In this document: positions 8,611 to 20,615 of the stretch, in pieces
Numbering within the stretch: the first letter of the stretch is position 1
Layout of the letters: each line of letters begins with the position of its first letter
From: Pseudomonadota bacterium
GTDB taxonomy: Bacteria; Pseudomonadota; Alphaproteobacteria; Sneathiellales; Sneathiellaceae
Direction: 5' to 3'
Length of the DNA: 64,000 nt
Assembly: GCA_024743055.1 (NCBI GenBank)
Contig: JANSXH010000004.1
Span: forward strand, 37,729-101,728
The notes under the pieces: generated by a model
The model's database searches: none
Told to the model about the DNA's origin: nothing
What the model saw: the letters and a program-made list of their open reading frames with translations, nothing else
Made by a program: the position numbers and the translations under genes

Positions 8611-10428
8611 TTATGTCAGGCTTTTCGCAACAGAGCTAGGCACTTTTATGGGGAATGCAAGCAATTGTTGGGCATAGGTCTTGGCGAGATTGTCAAGATG
8701 TAAGGTGGAAGTCCCGCCCCCACCAAGACAATCTGTCAGCAGAAAATTAACAGCCCCCATGCCCGGCAGGTCAAAGCGGGTGACCTCTCCTTCAACCACA
8801 TGGCCAAACCATTCGCGCACCCGCTCTTCCGTGGCGCTCTGCTTAATCCAATCCAGATACTCATCAGAGCGGGCAATGACACCGACATTAGCGTTATTGC
8901 CTTTATCCCCGCTCCGGGCTACCGCAAGCTCAATCAATGGTACTTCGACCAGATCTTCATCTGCTGGCGCTTCCTCTTTTTGAGCAGCCTGCTTCGGCAG
9001 GTGTAGCCGTGTGTGGGAGGATGGCACCGGCATGGCAAAGTCAATCCGGCTGCCGTCAACAGATACCGCGATAGGCACCTCCTCTTTGGGTATCAGAAAA
9101 GCAAACTGAGCCACTACTGGCGTTATTTTTGGTCGACCCGCCGCGCCAGCGGAGCAACGCCCTGTAGTCATGGAGAGGCCAACACCGGTTGTCTCTTTAG
9201 AAAACAGCTCCAGTGCCGCTTTTTCATCATGGCGGACGTCGATCTGAGTGATAATTTCTTTGGACCGGGCCGCGAGATCATCAGCGTTATCCCCCCACAG
9301 GGTTTGCGATCCAATGATATGAATAGCCGTGTCGCGATAGTCACCGAGGTTTCTTTCCATAAATAGACGACGGGTTCTTTTCAACAACGCTTCGGCAAAG
9401 GCGCGGCCTTTCTCAACTGCATCGAAACCGGTAATCACCGTAGAAGCTGTCGAGCGATAACCGTCCATATAAGTCGCGGAGACCTTATAGCTTGAGGTGG
9501 GCGCGCGTCCTTTGACATTCGCTACCTCAAGCCAGTCCTTGCCGGCTTCCGTCAAAGTGACGCCAGAAAAATCACAGACGGTATCGGGCATGACATAGGC
9601 TGAAGGATCTCCAATTTCGTAGAGGATCTGTTCACCGACTGAAAGTTTCGAAACAATACCGCCGGTTTTTTCCGGCTTGGTGATGGCAAATGTCCCGTCC
9701 GCTCGGCATACCGCGATCGGATAGCCCATATCATCCCAGCCATCGACCGTATCCCGCCAATCGGTAAAATTACCCCCTGTCGCCTGAGCGCCGCATTCTA
9801 GGATATGTCCGCAGAGGCTGCCAGAGGCAAGCTGGTCATAATCATCCACCGTCCAGCCGAATTCATGGATTAAGGGGCCCAAGGTCACAGCGCTATCGAC
9901 ACAGCGCCCGGTAATCACGACTTCCGCCCCGGCGTCCAGTGCCGCGGCGATAGGAAAAGCGCCGAGATAGGCATTCGCACTGATCATCTGATCCGGCATC
10001 TCGGCGCCGGAGAACATTTCCTGGACATTCTGATCGCGCAACCGATCTAACTCGTCCACCAGATCATCTCCTTCAACAATGCCGATTTTCAGATCGACGC
10101 CGGCATTGCTGGCAACATCAGCAAGAGCTTTGGCGCAGGCGGAAATATTAACACCGCCAGCATTGACCACGACTTTGATGCCTCGGGATTTAATCTCATG
10201 GATCAGGGGTTTCATGACGAGATCAACGAAGTCCTTGGCATAACCTGCGTCAGGGGAACGCTGCTTGGCCCGCACAAGGATAGACATTGTGACTTCTGCC
10301 AGATAATCGAAGACGAGATAGTCCACATTACCTTTCATGACGAGCTGTCGTGGCGCTTCCTGGGAATCGCCCCAATAACCAGAAGCCCCGCCAATACGGA
10401 CCGTTTTTGAAGATGCAGAATCTGTCAT
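8611..10428 (-). CDS. atuA: acyclic terpene utilization AtuA family protein (DUF1446)
   Basis: VRIGGASGYWGDS, DYLAEVTMS, NAYLGA, ITGRCVDSA, GHILECG, C-terminal ARSGDKGN. Confidence 0.87.
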   Translation of the reverse strand: MTDSASSKTVRIGGASGYWGDSQEAPRQLVMKGNVDYLVFDYLAEVTMSILVRAKQRSPDAGYAKDFVDLVMKPLIHEIKSRGIKVVVNAGGVNISACAKALADVASNAGVDLKIGIVEGDDLVDELDRLRDQNVQEMFSGAEMPDQMISANAYLGAFPIAAALDAGAEVVITGRCVDSAVTLGPLIHEFGWTVDDYDQLASGSLCGHILECGAQATGGNFTDWRDTVDGWDDMGYPIAVCRADGTFAITKPEKTGGIVSKLSVGEQILYEIGDPSAYVMPDTVCDFSGVTLTEAGKDWLEVANVKGRAPTSSYKVSATYMDGYRSTASTVITGFDAVEKGRAFAEALLKRTRRLFMERNLGDYRDTAIHIIGSQTLWGDNADDLAARSKEIITQIDVRHDEKAALELFSKETTGVGLSMTTGRCSAGAAGRPKITPVVAQFAFLIPKEEVPIAVSVDGSRIDFAMPVPSSHTRLHLPKQAAQKEEAPADEDLVEVPLIELAVARSGDKGNNANVGVIARSDEYLDWIKQSATEERVREWFGHVVEGEVTRFDLPGMGAVNFLLTDCLGGGGTSTLHLDNLAKTYAQQLLAFPIKVPSSVAKSLT

Positions 10429-11252
10429 TTCTGATCTCCTTCTCCGCCAAGCTGCCAGGAGGGCTTGCGTTTCTCGGCAAAAGCCGATTGTCCTTCTTTA
10501 CCCTCGTCGCCGCGATTGAGCTCGGCAAAACGTTCGGCGGAGAACCGGATCAGATCTTCTTCCGGCATGGTTCCGACCTTCAGCATTATGGCCTTTGTGG
10601 CGGCATTGGCTTTCGGCCCACAGCGCATGACCGCCGCGACAACTTCTTCCAAGGTCTGATCGATGTTTTGCTGCGGAGACAGGTACTGGGCAATGCCATA
10701 CTCATATGCTTTAGTGCCGCCAAATCTCTCCCCGGTCAGAGCCAGCTGCCGGGCCCGGGTCAGGCCGATTCGCTTGACTACATAGGGAGATATCTGCGCG
10801 GGGGCAACACCAAGGGTGGTTTCCGGCATGCCCATTCTGGCTTCTTCCGAGACAATAGTGATATCGGCAAGACAGGCGTATCCCATGCCACCCCCAAAGG
10901 CTGAGCCTTCGACAACGGCGATCGTTGTCTGTGGCAAATTTTCAAATTTAAGAAATGCAAGTCCAGCCTGGCGATTGCGTTCCATCAAGGGATCAACACC
11001 CGCCTCAACGGTTTCGTCCGCCATATTCATGCGTTCTTTGATATCGCCACCGGCGCAGAAATGACCGCCTGCGCCTCTCAACACAACGACCCTCACTTCA
11101 TCGGTCTCAGACAGCCAGTCGACGACAGCGCCAAACTCGGCACCCATTTGACTGTTTATGGCATTACGCTGATCAGGCCGGTTGAAGGTCAGGTTAAGAC
11201 GGCTACCGACGACGTCTAATAACAAATACTCACAAGAAGGGAGCTCTGGCAT
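10425..11252 (-). CDS. enoyl-CoA hydratase, AtuE/LiuC (glutaconyl-CoA hydratase) type
   Basis: FCAGGD, GGGMG, MPETTLG-x-x-PAQI; 4-bp overlap with atuA. Confidence 0.8.
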   Translation of the reverse strand: MPELPSCEYLLLDVVGSRLNLTFNRPDQRNAINSQMGAEFGAVVDWLSETDEVRVVVLRGAGGHFCAGGDIKERMNMADETVEAGVDPLMERNRQAGLAFLKFENLPQTTIAVVEGSAFGGGMGYACLADITIVSEEARMGMPETTLGVAPAQISPYVVKRIGLTRARQLALTGERFGGTKAYEYGIAQYLSPQQNIDQTLEEVVAAVMRCGPKANAATKAIMLKVGTMPEEDLIRFSAERFAELNRGDEGKEGQSAFAEKRKPSWQLGGEGDQK

Positions 11253-11280
11253 TTTTTGTTCTTTCTTTTTTTATCACGCC

Positions 11281-11913
11281 TTATTTTTGGCTTTCCGTAA
11301 GATATCGCCTGAACATGTCCTTGAACAGACCGATTTGCGGCGGCATCTTTTTGCGGTGTCCTGCAATCATGTTGGTCAGCGCCATTCCCCGCAGCATGAT
11401 CAGAAGGGTCGAGCGCCAGGAGATAATCTCGGCGGGAGCGCATCCCGTATCCGCGAAGACTTCCTGCCAGGTAACCGCCCGCTCTTCTTCCAGCTTTTCA
11501 ATGGCTTCTGTAATGGCATCTTCAAATTCCGGGTCAAGCCGTCCACGAACGGCAATTTCGATGAAGGCCGCGTAATTTTCCCCCCCAAAACCGCGCCAAT
11601 ACCCATCAACAACTTTATCAACACGTGCTGGTAGCGGGAGTTTGACCAGATCAGCCACATCGAAATGACCGCTGAGGCGATCACCGATTTCAATAATGCA
11701 GGCCATCATCAGGGATTTTGGGCTGTCAAAATGATATTGTATAGCCCCTCGAGTCAGGCCCGCTTCCCGCGCCACCTCCTCCGTTGTGAGCTTTGCCGCG
11801 CCCTTTTGATGCAAAAGCTTGATTGCTGCGTCCACCAGCTTAGAGCGGGTCACAGCGCGTCGTTCCTGCTGCCGGCGCCGGCCCGTATTGGTCTCGTCAG
11901 CCGCCAATGTCAT
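11281..11913 (-). CDS. TetR/AcrR family regulator
   Basis: RQQERRAVTR...TTEEVAREAGLTRGAIQYHF HTH; ATG 11913 after GAGGAAG. Confidence 0.9.
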   Translation of the reverse strand: MTLAADETNTGRRRQQERRAVTRSKLVDAAIKLLHQKGAAKLTTEEVAREAGLTRGAIQYHFDSPKSLMMACIIEIGDRLSGHFDVADLVKLPLPARVDKVVDGYWRGFGGENYAAFIEIAVRGRLDPEFEDAITEAIEKLEEERAVTWQEVFADTGCAPAEIISWRSTLLIMLRGMALTNMIAGHRKKMPPQIGLFKDMFRRYLTESQK

Positions 11914-11951
11914 GTCTCTCTTCCTCACCGCTGAGTTTCCATTTTCTATCC

Positions 11952-12000
11952 GGATCATATATGATCCAGTTTTTATTTGAAACATTCATTCATGAATGTT
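11952..12000. promoter_or_regulatory. two palindromes, probable TetR operator(s)
   Basis: GGATCATATATGATCC (11952-11967) and AACATTCAT-TC-ATGAATGTT (11981-12000) in the divergent promoter. Confidence 0.6.
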
Positions 12001-12082
12001 AGTGTCTCAGCAATAAAAAAACAATCCCATTTTAAGAAGATCCGGTACTGGATCTCCACTCGGGAAAGAAGGTGGACCGACA

Positions 12083-13228
12083 ATGCAATTCACCCAGGAA
12101 CATACGGCACTGGCCGACAGCCTCAAGAAGTTTATCGAGACTGAGATCAATCCATATGTGGATGAATGGGAAGAGAATGAACAGTTTCCAGCCCATGAAT
12201 TGTTCAAGAAAATGGGGGATATGGGATTTCTTGGAATCAGCAAGCCTGAAGAATATGGCGGCAGCGGCCTTGACTATTCATACGAAGCCATTGCCTCTGA
12301 AGCTCTGGGATATATTGCCTGCGGCGGTGTTGCCATGGGGATTGGCGTGCAGACTAATATGGCGACGCCGGCCCTTGCCAAAAACGGCTCCGACGCCCTT
12401 CGTCGGGAATTCCTGACACCTTCTGTTGAAGGAAATCGAGTCGGTTGCATTGGTGTTACAGAAGCCGAGGCTGGATCAGACGTGGCCAGCCTGCGCACGA
12501 CAGCTCGTAAAGACGGCGATGACTATCTCATCACCGGGTCGAAAATGTATATCACCAACGGCTTGCAGGCAGACTGGATCTGCTGTCTCGCAAATACGGG
12601 AGATGGTCCGGCCCATAAGAATAAGTCACTTATCATTATTCCCATGGACAGCCCCGGCATTACCAAGCACAAGATCCGTAAAATCGGTATGATGTCGTCA
12701 GATACGGCACAGCTGTTTTTTGACGATGTAAGGGTGCCGCAAAGCAACCGCATCGGCGAGGAAGGGCGCGGTTTTATCTATCAGATGCAACAGTTCCAGG
12801 AAGAGCGTCTGTTCGCGGCAGCTCGTGGCCCTCGGGTCATGGAAGAAGCCATCAACGAAACCATCGAATATACGCGCGAGCGCAAAGCCTTCGGGAAATC
12901 CATTCTCGACAATCAGGTCGTCAATTATCGCCTGGCCGAGTTGCAAACGGAAGTAGAGGCCCTGCGCGCCCTCACATATCACGCGGTTGAGCGCTACGTA
13001 GCCGGTGAAGATGTAACGAAGCTGGCCTCCATGGCGAAACTCAAAGTCGGACGACTGCAACGGGAAGTCATGGATAGCTGCCTGCAATATTGGGGCGGCC
13101 AAGGCTATGTCTGGGAATCCTCCATCTCCCGCCGATTTCGGGACTTCCGTCTCACATCCATCGGCGGCGGTGCGGACGAGGTTATGCTGAAAGTCATCAC
13201 TAAGCTGATGGGCATCTCGCCAGAGTGA
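12083..13228 (+). CDS. acyl-CoA dehydrogenase, AtuD (citronellyl-CoA dehydrogenase)-like
   Basis: MQFTQEH start, TEAEAGSD, GSKMYITNG, SSDTAQLFFDDV, QFQEERL, SIGGGADEVM. Confidence 0.85.
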   Translation: MQFTQEHTALADSLKKFIETEINPYVDEWEENEQFPAHELFKKMGDMGFLGISKPEEYGGSGLDYSYEAIASEALGYIACGGVAMGIGVQTNMATPALAKNGSDALRREFLTPSVEGNRVGCIGVTEAEAGSDVASLRTTARKDGDDYLITGSKMYITNGLQADWICCLANTGDGPAHKNKSLIIIPMDSPGITKHKIRKIGMMSSDTAQLFFDDVRVPQSNRIGEEGRGFIYQMQQFQEERLFAAARGPRVMEEAINETIEYTRERKAFGKSILDNQVVNYRLAELQTEVEALRALTYHAVERYVAGEDVTKLASMAKLKVGRLQREVMDSCLQYWGGQGYVWESSISRRFRDFRLTSIGGGADEVMLKVITKLMGISPE

Positions 13229-13239
13229 GGACTTGAGCA

Positions 13240-14451
13240 ATGGATCTTAGAGACAGTGCCGAACATCAGAAATTTCGGGAAGAAGTCCGAAAATTCCTGA
13301 AAGATTTCAAGGATCAGGCACCGGAAGAAACCGCCCATACCTTCCGGCTCTCCCCTCGCCCCTATACCCAGCAGGTCAAGGACTGGCAAAAACTTCTGGT
13401 TGAACGTGGCTATGCCTGCCGCAATGTGCCCAAGGAGTATGGCGGCTTTGGAGCGGCACCCGACATTCTGAAAAACAAGATTATTGCCGATGAATTTTTT
13501 GCCGCCGATATGCCGCAAGGGCTTTATGGGCAGGGCATTTCCATGCTGGTTCCGACCCTGCTGGAGCATGGCACGGAAGAGCAGAAACAGGCCTGGATCG
13601 AACCGACAATCAATGGTGAGATCATGTGGTGTCAGGGCTATTCAGAGCCCAACTCCGGCTCGGATCTTGCCAGCCTGCAGACGAATGCCATTGTGGACGG
13701 GGATGACTTCCTGATCAACGGATCCAAAATATGGACGTCCTCCGCCCATATCGCGCCAATGATTTTCTGTCTGGTTCGGACAGAGCCGGATGCTTCCAAA
13801 TATCAGGGGATCAGCTACATGATCTTTTCCATGGACACCCCTGGAATTGAAGTACGGCCCCTACAGACCATGACTGGCCACCCCTCCTTCAACGAGGTTT
13901 TCTTTACGGATGTTCGGGTGCCGCAAACTGCAGTTGTCGGTGGTCGCGGCAAAGGCTGGAAAGTCGCCAACAGCACCCTTAAGCATGAGCGGGGGATGCT
14001 GTCGAACGCCAATGCCTCCCAGGAACGGCTGAACAAGATTGCCCGGATCCTAAAGGAAGAGACAGTAGACGGCCGCCCTCTCTTTAAGAACCGAATTTTG
14101 CGGGATCGTTTCATTGATCTGCAATCCCAGGTTCAAGGCATGCGTCTGCATGAAATGCGTCTCCTGACCAATGCCGAAAGAGGAAACGCGCCGGGCCTCG
14201 GCGATATGGTCTGCAAGCTTTTAGGCTGTGAGATTAATCATCAGCTGGATGCTCTCGCCATTGATGCCCTCGGCGAAATCGGCATCCTCTATGATGGCAT
14301 TCCGTCCGTGCAGGAAGATGGTATCTGGCAGCAATGGTTCATGTATGATCTCGGATTGATCATCGGCGGTGGCACCGCCCAGATCCAGAAGAACATCATC
14401 GCGGAGCGCGGCCTTGATATGCCGCGCGAGCCCAGAGCGGTTGCGGGGTAA
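13240..14451 (+). CDS. acyl-CoA dehydrogenase, catalytic subunit of a probable two-gene ACAD
   Basis: WCQGYSEPNSGSDLA, NGSKIWTS, FNEVFF, HERG, IGGGTAQIQKNIIAER. Confidence 0.85.
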   Translation: MDLRDSAEHQKFREEVRKFLKDFKDQAPEETAHTFRLSPRPYTQQVKDWQKLLVERGYACRNVPKEYGGFGAAPDILKNKIIADEFFAADMPQGLYGQGISMLVPTLLEHGTEEQKQAWIEPTINGEIMWCQGYSEPNSGSDLASLQTNAIVDGDDFLINGSKIWTSSAHIAPMIFCLVRTEPDASKYQGISYMIFSMDTPGIEVRPLQTMTGHPSFNEVFFTDVRVPQTAVVGGRGKGWKVANSTLKHERGMLSNANASQERLNKIARILKEETVDGRPLFKNRILRDRFIDLQSQVQGMRLHEMRLLTNAERGNAPGLGDMVCKLLGCEINHQLDALAIDALGEIGILYDGIPSVQEDGIWQQWFMYDLGLIIGGGTAQIQKNIIAERGLDMPREPRAVAG

Positions 14452-14457
14452 TCGGAT

Positions 14458-15543
14458 ATGTATTTTGGCCTTTCTGAAGAACAAGTAATGATCCAGGACA
14501 GCTTCCGGGGCGCCCTCGAGCGAGCTGTCACCCTTGATACAATCCGCGCCGTTGCGACCGGTGAAACAGGGTTGGACGACAGCCTATGGGAGGAGCTCTC
14601 CCAACTCGGCATGCCCGCGCTCCTGATCAGTGAAGAATTTGGAGGGGCTGGTCTCAGTATGTTGGAAGCAGCCGTCGTTGCCCAGGAACTGGGACGTCAT
14701 GCGGCGCCGGTCCCATTTGTTGGCACCGCTGTCATGGCAACGCTCACGCTTAACCTATGCGGAAGCGAGGCGCAAAAATCCAACTGGCTTCCAAAGATGG
14801 CAGCAGGAAACTGCAAGATCGGTGTCGGCATCGGTAATGTGGCAAGCGGCGCCCGGCGCGGGGCTGCCGTTTCCGTTTCAGAAAAAGGCCTCTCGGGAGA
14901 AATCCCGTTTGTCATCGATGCTGCAGGAGCCAACGCCTTTCTCGTTTCCGATCAGGCAGGAAATCTCTATCTATTGAACAGTGCGGCCGCCGGTCTTTCG
15001 GTCAGCCTCTCTCCCACCATCGATGGCACCAATCCCTTGGGTCACCTGACATTGAACAATGTCTCTGTGAATCGCCTCGAAAATGCCTCCGCTGGTTCTC
15101 TGGATCGGATTATCAATGCGGGCCGGATTGCTTTGGCGGCGCAGACATTAGGGGCCGGAGAGGAAATGCTGAGGCGGGCCGTTGCCTATGCCAAGGAACG
15201 CAAGCAGTTTGACCGGGTCATCGGATCATTTCAGGCGGTCAAACATATGTGCGCTGAAATGGCTGCGCAATTACAGCCCTGCCAATCGCTCGTCTGGTAT
15301 GCGGCCTATGCCCATGATGTCCTGCCGGAAGAAGCCAGTCTTTCAACTCTTCTTGCCAAATCCCGATTGGATGACGTTGGCCGAATGGTCGCGCGGACGG
15401 CAACGGAAGTGCATGGTAGCATGGGCTATACAGATCTTATGGGCCTGCATTTCTGGTTCAAGCGCATCGGCTTCAACCGGGCGCAACTGGGCGGGCCGGA
15501 AAAATTACGTCAGGAAGCCGCTGAACTTCAGGGCCTCGTCTGA
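14458..15543 (+). CDS. acyl-CoA dehydrogenase, short degenerate partner subunit
   Basis: RKQFDRVIGSFQAVKH and VHGSMGYT present; N-terminal FAD motifs degenerate; 361 aa. Confidence 0.8.
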   Translation: MYFGLSEEQVMIQDSFRGALERAVTLDTIRAVATGETGLDDSLWEELSQLGMPALLISEEFGGAGLSMLEAAVVAQELGRHAAPVPFVGTAVMATLTLNLCGSEAQKSNWLPKMAAGNCKIGVGIGNVASGARRGAAVSVSEKGLSGEIPFVIDAAGANAFLVSDQAGNLYLLNSAAAGLSVSLSPTIDGTNPLGHLTLNNVSVNRLENASAGSLDRIINAGRIALAAQTLGAGEEMLRRAVAYAKERKQFDRVIGSFQAVKHMCAEMAAQLQPCQSLVWYAAYAHDVLPEEASLSTLLAKSRLDDVGRMVARTATEVHGSMGYTDLMGLHFWFKRIGFNRAQLGGPEKLRQEAAELQGLV

Positions 15544-15546
15544 CCC

Positions 15547-17646
<2,100 letters not shown>

Positions 17647-17908
17647 TCACTTTCAGGTTTTATTTTCAGTATTTGATACCATATCTATGGCAATTGAAAT
17701 TGAAAAAAAGCCAGTAACAAGATTAATGGCGCAGAAATGGCAGAAATAAGCCAGTTGGGAGCAACAAATCAGAACTAAAATGTCTGGTAATTTGGGGCTT
17801 AACCTAGTAAAATAACGGGGTCTACAAAAGACGAAGCGGTGAATAAAATGGCCGCAGTTAAGTGAATGAGTGTGGCACTAAGAATTAATAATAAAGGAGC
17901 CAATTGAG

Positions 17909-19378
17909 ATGGATGTAGGATTATTGGCCTACGGCGGTTATATCCCCCAAAGCCGATTGCAACGCAGCGAGATTGCCAAGGCACATACCTGGTTCAATCC
18001 CGGTCTTGGAGGTTTAGCCAAGGGTGAACGGGCCATGGCTAACTGGGATGAAGACAGTGTGACCATGGCGGTTGAAGCCGCCCGCGATTGCCTTGGCGAT
18101 CTGGACCGGGACGGTATTTCCGCGGTCTATATGGCGTCAACCAGCTTTCCCTTTGAAGATCGTCAGAATGCGGGGATCGTGGCCGATGCCCTGAACCTGA
18201 AATCAGGTCTTCAAACCATTGATTTTGCCTCCTCGCAACGGGCTGGAAGTGCCGGTCTTTCGGTGGCCTTGCAGGTCGCTAAAGGCGGCGGCAATCCGAT
18301 CCTGTATACGACGGCGGAAAAGCGCCAGACGAAAGCGGCCAGCCCGCTGGAATTTACCTCCGGTGACGGCGCTGCTGCTTTCCTTGTCGGGCAGGGCAAG
18401 GTGATTGCCAAACTCATCGGGAACCACACGGAAGCCGTTGATTTCGTTGACCATTTTAGGGGCGAAGGCCAGTCTTACGACTATAACTGGGAAGAACGCT
18501 GGGTTCGCGATGAAGGCTATATGAAGATTGTCCCGGCAGCGATTTCAGCTCTGCTTGAGCAGACCGGTGTCGATGCCTCGACCATCTCCACCTTCTGTTT
18601 TCCGGTCGCCGCCCGCAATGTTGCCGGTGGCATCGCCAAGAAAATGGGCCTGCCGGAAAGCTCTGTTGCCGATAATCTGCAGAGCAATTGCGGAGAGACG
18701 GGCACGGCTCATTCCATGGTCATGCTGGCCCATGCCTTGGAGCAAAGCAGCCCGGGAGATAAAATTCTTGTTGCCAGCTTCGGTCAGGGCTGTGATGCCC
18801 TGTTGTTCGAGGTCACCGACGAGATCAAATCTTTGCCGGCGCGTAAAGGCATCTCCGGATATCTCGCCCGGCGTCATGCGGAAACCAACTATAACAAGTT
18901 TCTCGCCTTCCATAACCTGGTCAATCTCGAGCGCGGCATCCGGGCTGAAACAGATAAAAAGACCGGCCTGACGACCTTGTATCGAAACAAGTCTATGGCT
19001 CAGGGCATGATCGGCGGTAAATGTTCCCAATGCGGAACGGCACAATTCCCGAAATCCAACATGTGCGTCAATGAGAATTGTGGCGCCGTTGGCACGCAGG
19101 AGGACTATCCTTTTGCCGATCGGGTCGCGAAGGTCAATTCCTTCACCGCCGACCGTCTCACCTATTCCCCGGATCCGCCCGCCTATTACGGCATGATCCA
19201 GTTTGAGGAAGGGGGCCGTTTGATGAGTGATTTCACCGATATTGCCCCGGATGCGGAAGTTGAAGTCGGCATGACCATGCGTATGATGTTCCGCATCAAG
19301 GACTATGACGATAAGCGCGGATTCAGGCGCTATTTCTGGAAAGCGACTCCCGTAGACGCTGCAAATAAAGGAGAATAA
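17909..19378 (+). CDS. HMG-CoA synthase/KAS-III-like domain fused to DUF35 (Zn-ribbon + OB-fold)
   Basis: DEDSVTMAVEAA and GDGAAA; C-terminal CSQC...C-x4-C and OB-fold; catalytic Cys position reads SSQRAG. Confidence 0.85.
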   Translation: MDVGLLAYGGYIPQSRLQRSEIAKAHTWFNPGLGGLAKGERAMANWDEDSVTMAVEAARDCLGDLDRDGISAVYMASTSFPFEDRQNAGIVADALNLKSGLQTIDFASSQRAGSAGLSVALQVAKGGGNPILYTTAEKRQTKAASPLEFTSGDGAAAFLVGQGKVIAKLIGNHTEAVDFVDHFRGEGQSYDYNWEERWVRDEGYMKIVPAAISALLEQTGVDASTISTFCFPVAARNVAGGIAKKMGLPESSVADNLQSNCGETGTAHSMVMLAHALEQSSPGDKILVASFGQGCDALLFEVTDEIKSLPARKGISGYLARRHAETNYNKFLAFHNLVNLERGIRAETDKKTGLTTLYRNKSMAQGMIGGKCSQCGTAQFPKSNMCVNENCGAVGTQEDYPFADRVAKVNSFTADRLTYSPDPPAYYGMIQFEEGGRLMSDFTDIAPDAEVEVGMTMRMMFRIKDYDDKRGFRRYFWKATPVDAANKGE

Positions 19379-19380
19379 TA

Positions 19381-20586
19381 ATGGCCTCAGGAATTAAAGA
19401 TAAAGTTGCGATACTGGGCATGGGATGCTCCAAGTTCGGGGAGCGTTGGAACGACAATGCCGAGGATCTGATGATCGAGGCATTTGTGGAAGCCCTGGAA
19501 GATGCCGGGATCGAAAAAAGCCAGATTGAAGCGGCTTGGTTCGGCACAGCCATCGAAGAAGAGCATGTGGGTAAATCCGCCGTGCCTCTTTCCATGGCCC
19601 TGCGCCTGCCTAATATTCCCGTATCCCGCGTGGAAAACTACTGCGCCAGCGGGTCGGAAGCGTTTCGCGGCGCCGTTTATGCCGTGGCTTCGGGTGCCTG
19701 TGATATCGCCCTTGCGCTTGGTGTTGAAAAGCTGAAAGACACCGGCTATGGCGGTCTGCCGCAGCGTAACCGCGGATCCATCAATGACATGTATTGGGCC
19801 AATGCTTCGGCACCTGGCTCCTTCGCCCAGCTCGCCTCCGCCTATTCGGCAAAACATGGCGTGTCCAAGGAAGACATGAAAAAGGCGATGGCTCATATCT
19901 CGGTGAAAAGCCATGATAACGGATCACGCAATCCCAAGGCTCATCTTCGTAACAAGATTACAGAAGAAAAAGTCATGAACGCCCCGATGATCGCTGAGCC
20001 ACTCGGCTTGTTCGATTGCTGTGGCGTGAGTGACGGATCGGCCTGCGCCATTGTGACTACACCGGAAATTGCCAAGGCTCTTGGCAAGACGGACCTGATC
20101 ACGGTCAAGGCCATGCAGCTCGCCGCTTCCAACGGGACGGAAGCCCAGCATAATTCCTGGGATGGCAGTCATTTCGTGACCACACGGGCCGCTGCAAACC
20201 GCGCCTATAATGAGGCCGGCATCACCAAGCCCCGGGATCAGATCAGCATGTTCGAAGTGCATGACTGCTTCTCCATCACCGAACTGGTGACCATGGAGGA
20301 TCTGTTTATCTCTGAGGAAGGGACAGCGGTCACCGATGTCATGAACGGCTTTTATGATGCCGATGGTCAGATCCCCTGCCAGATCGATGGCGGCCTGAAA
20401 TGTTTCGGCCATCCCATCGGGGCCTCCGGCATTCGCATGATCTATGAGATGTATCTGCAAATGCAGGGTCGGGCAGGAGAGCGCCAGCGTGAGGAAGATC
20501 CGGTCTTTGGCATGACCCATAATCTGGGCGGCTTCCCGCACCAGAATGTATGCTCATTGACCATCGTCGGAAAAGAAGGTGCGTGA
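19381..20586 (+). CDS. SCP2/SCPx-type thiolase (acetyl-CoA acyltransferase)
   Basis: VENYCASGSEA, EVHDCF, GHPIGASG, HNLGG. Confidence 0.9.
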   Translation: MASGIKDKVAILGMGCSKFGERWNDNAEDLMIEAFVEALEDAGIEKSQIEAAWFGTAIEEEHVGKSAVPLSMALRLPNIPVSRVENYCASGSEAFRGAVYAVASGACDIALALGVEKLKDTGYGGLPQRNRGSINDMYWANASAPGSFAQLASAYSAKHGVSKEDMKKAMAHISVKSHDNGSRNPKAHLRNKITEEKVMNAPMIAEPLGLFDCCGVSDGSACAIVTTPEIAKALGKTDLITVKAMQLAASNGTEAQHNSWDGSHFVTTRAAANRAYNEAGITKPRDQISMFEVHDCFSITELVTMEDLFISEEGTAVTDVMNGFYDADGQIPCQIDGGLKCFGHPIGASGIRMIYEMYLQMQGRAGERQREEDPVFGMTHNLGGFPHQNVCSLTIVGKEGA

Positions 20587-20615
20587 AGCCCACCCGACAT
20601 GATCTGGAATAAAGA

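Noticed and set aside
17873-17887. TGGCAC as a sigma54 promoter for the HMGS-DUF35 operon
   Set aside because: The -12 position reads ATTA, not TTGC
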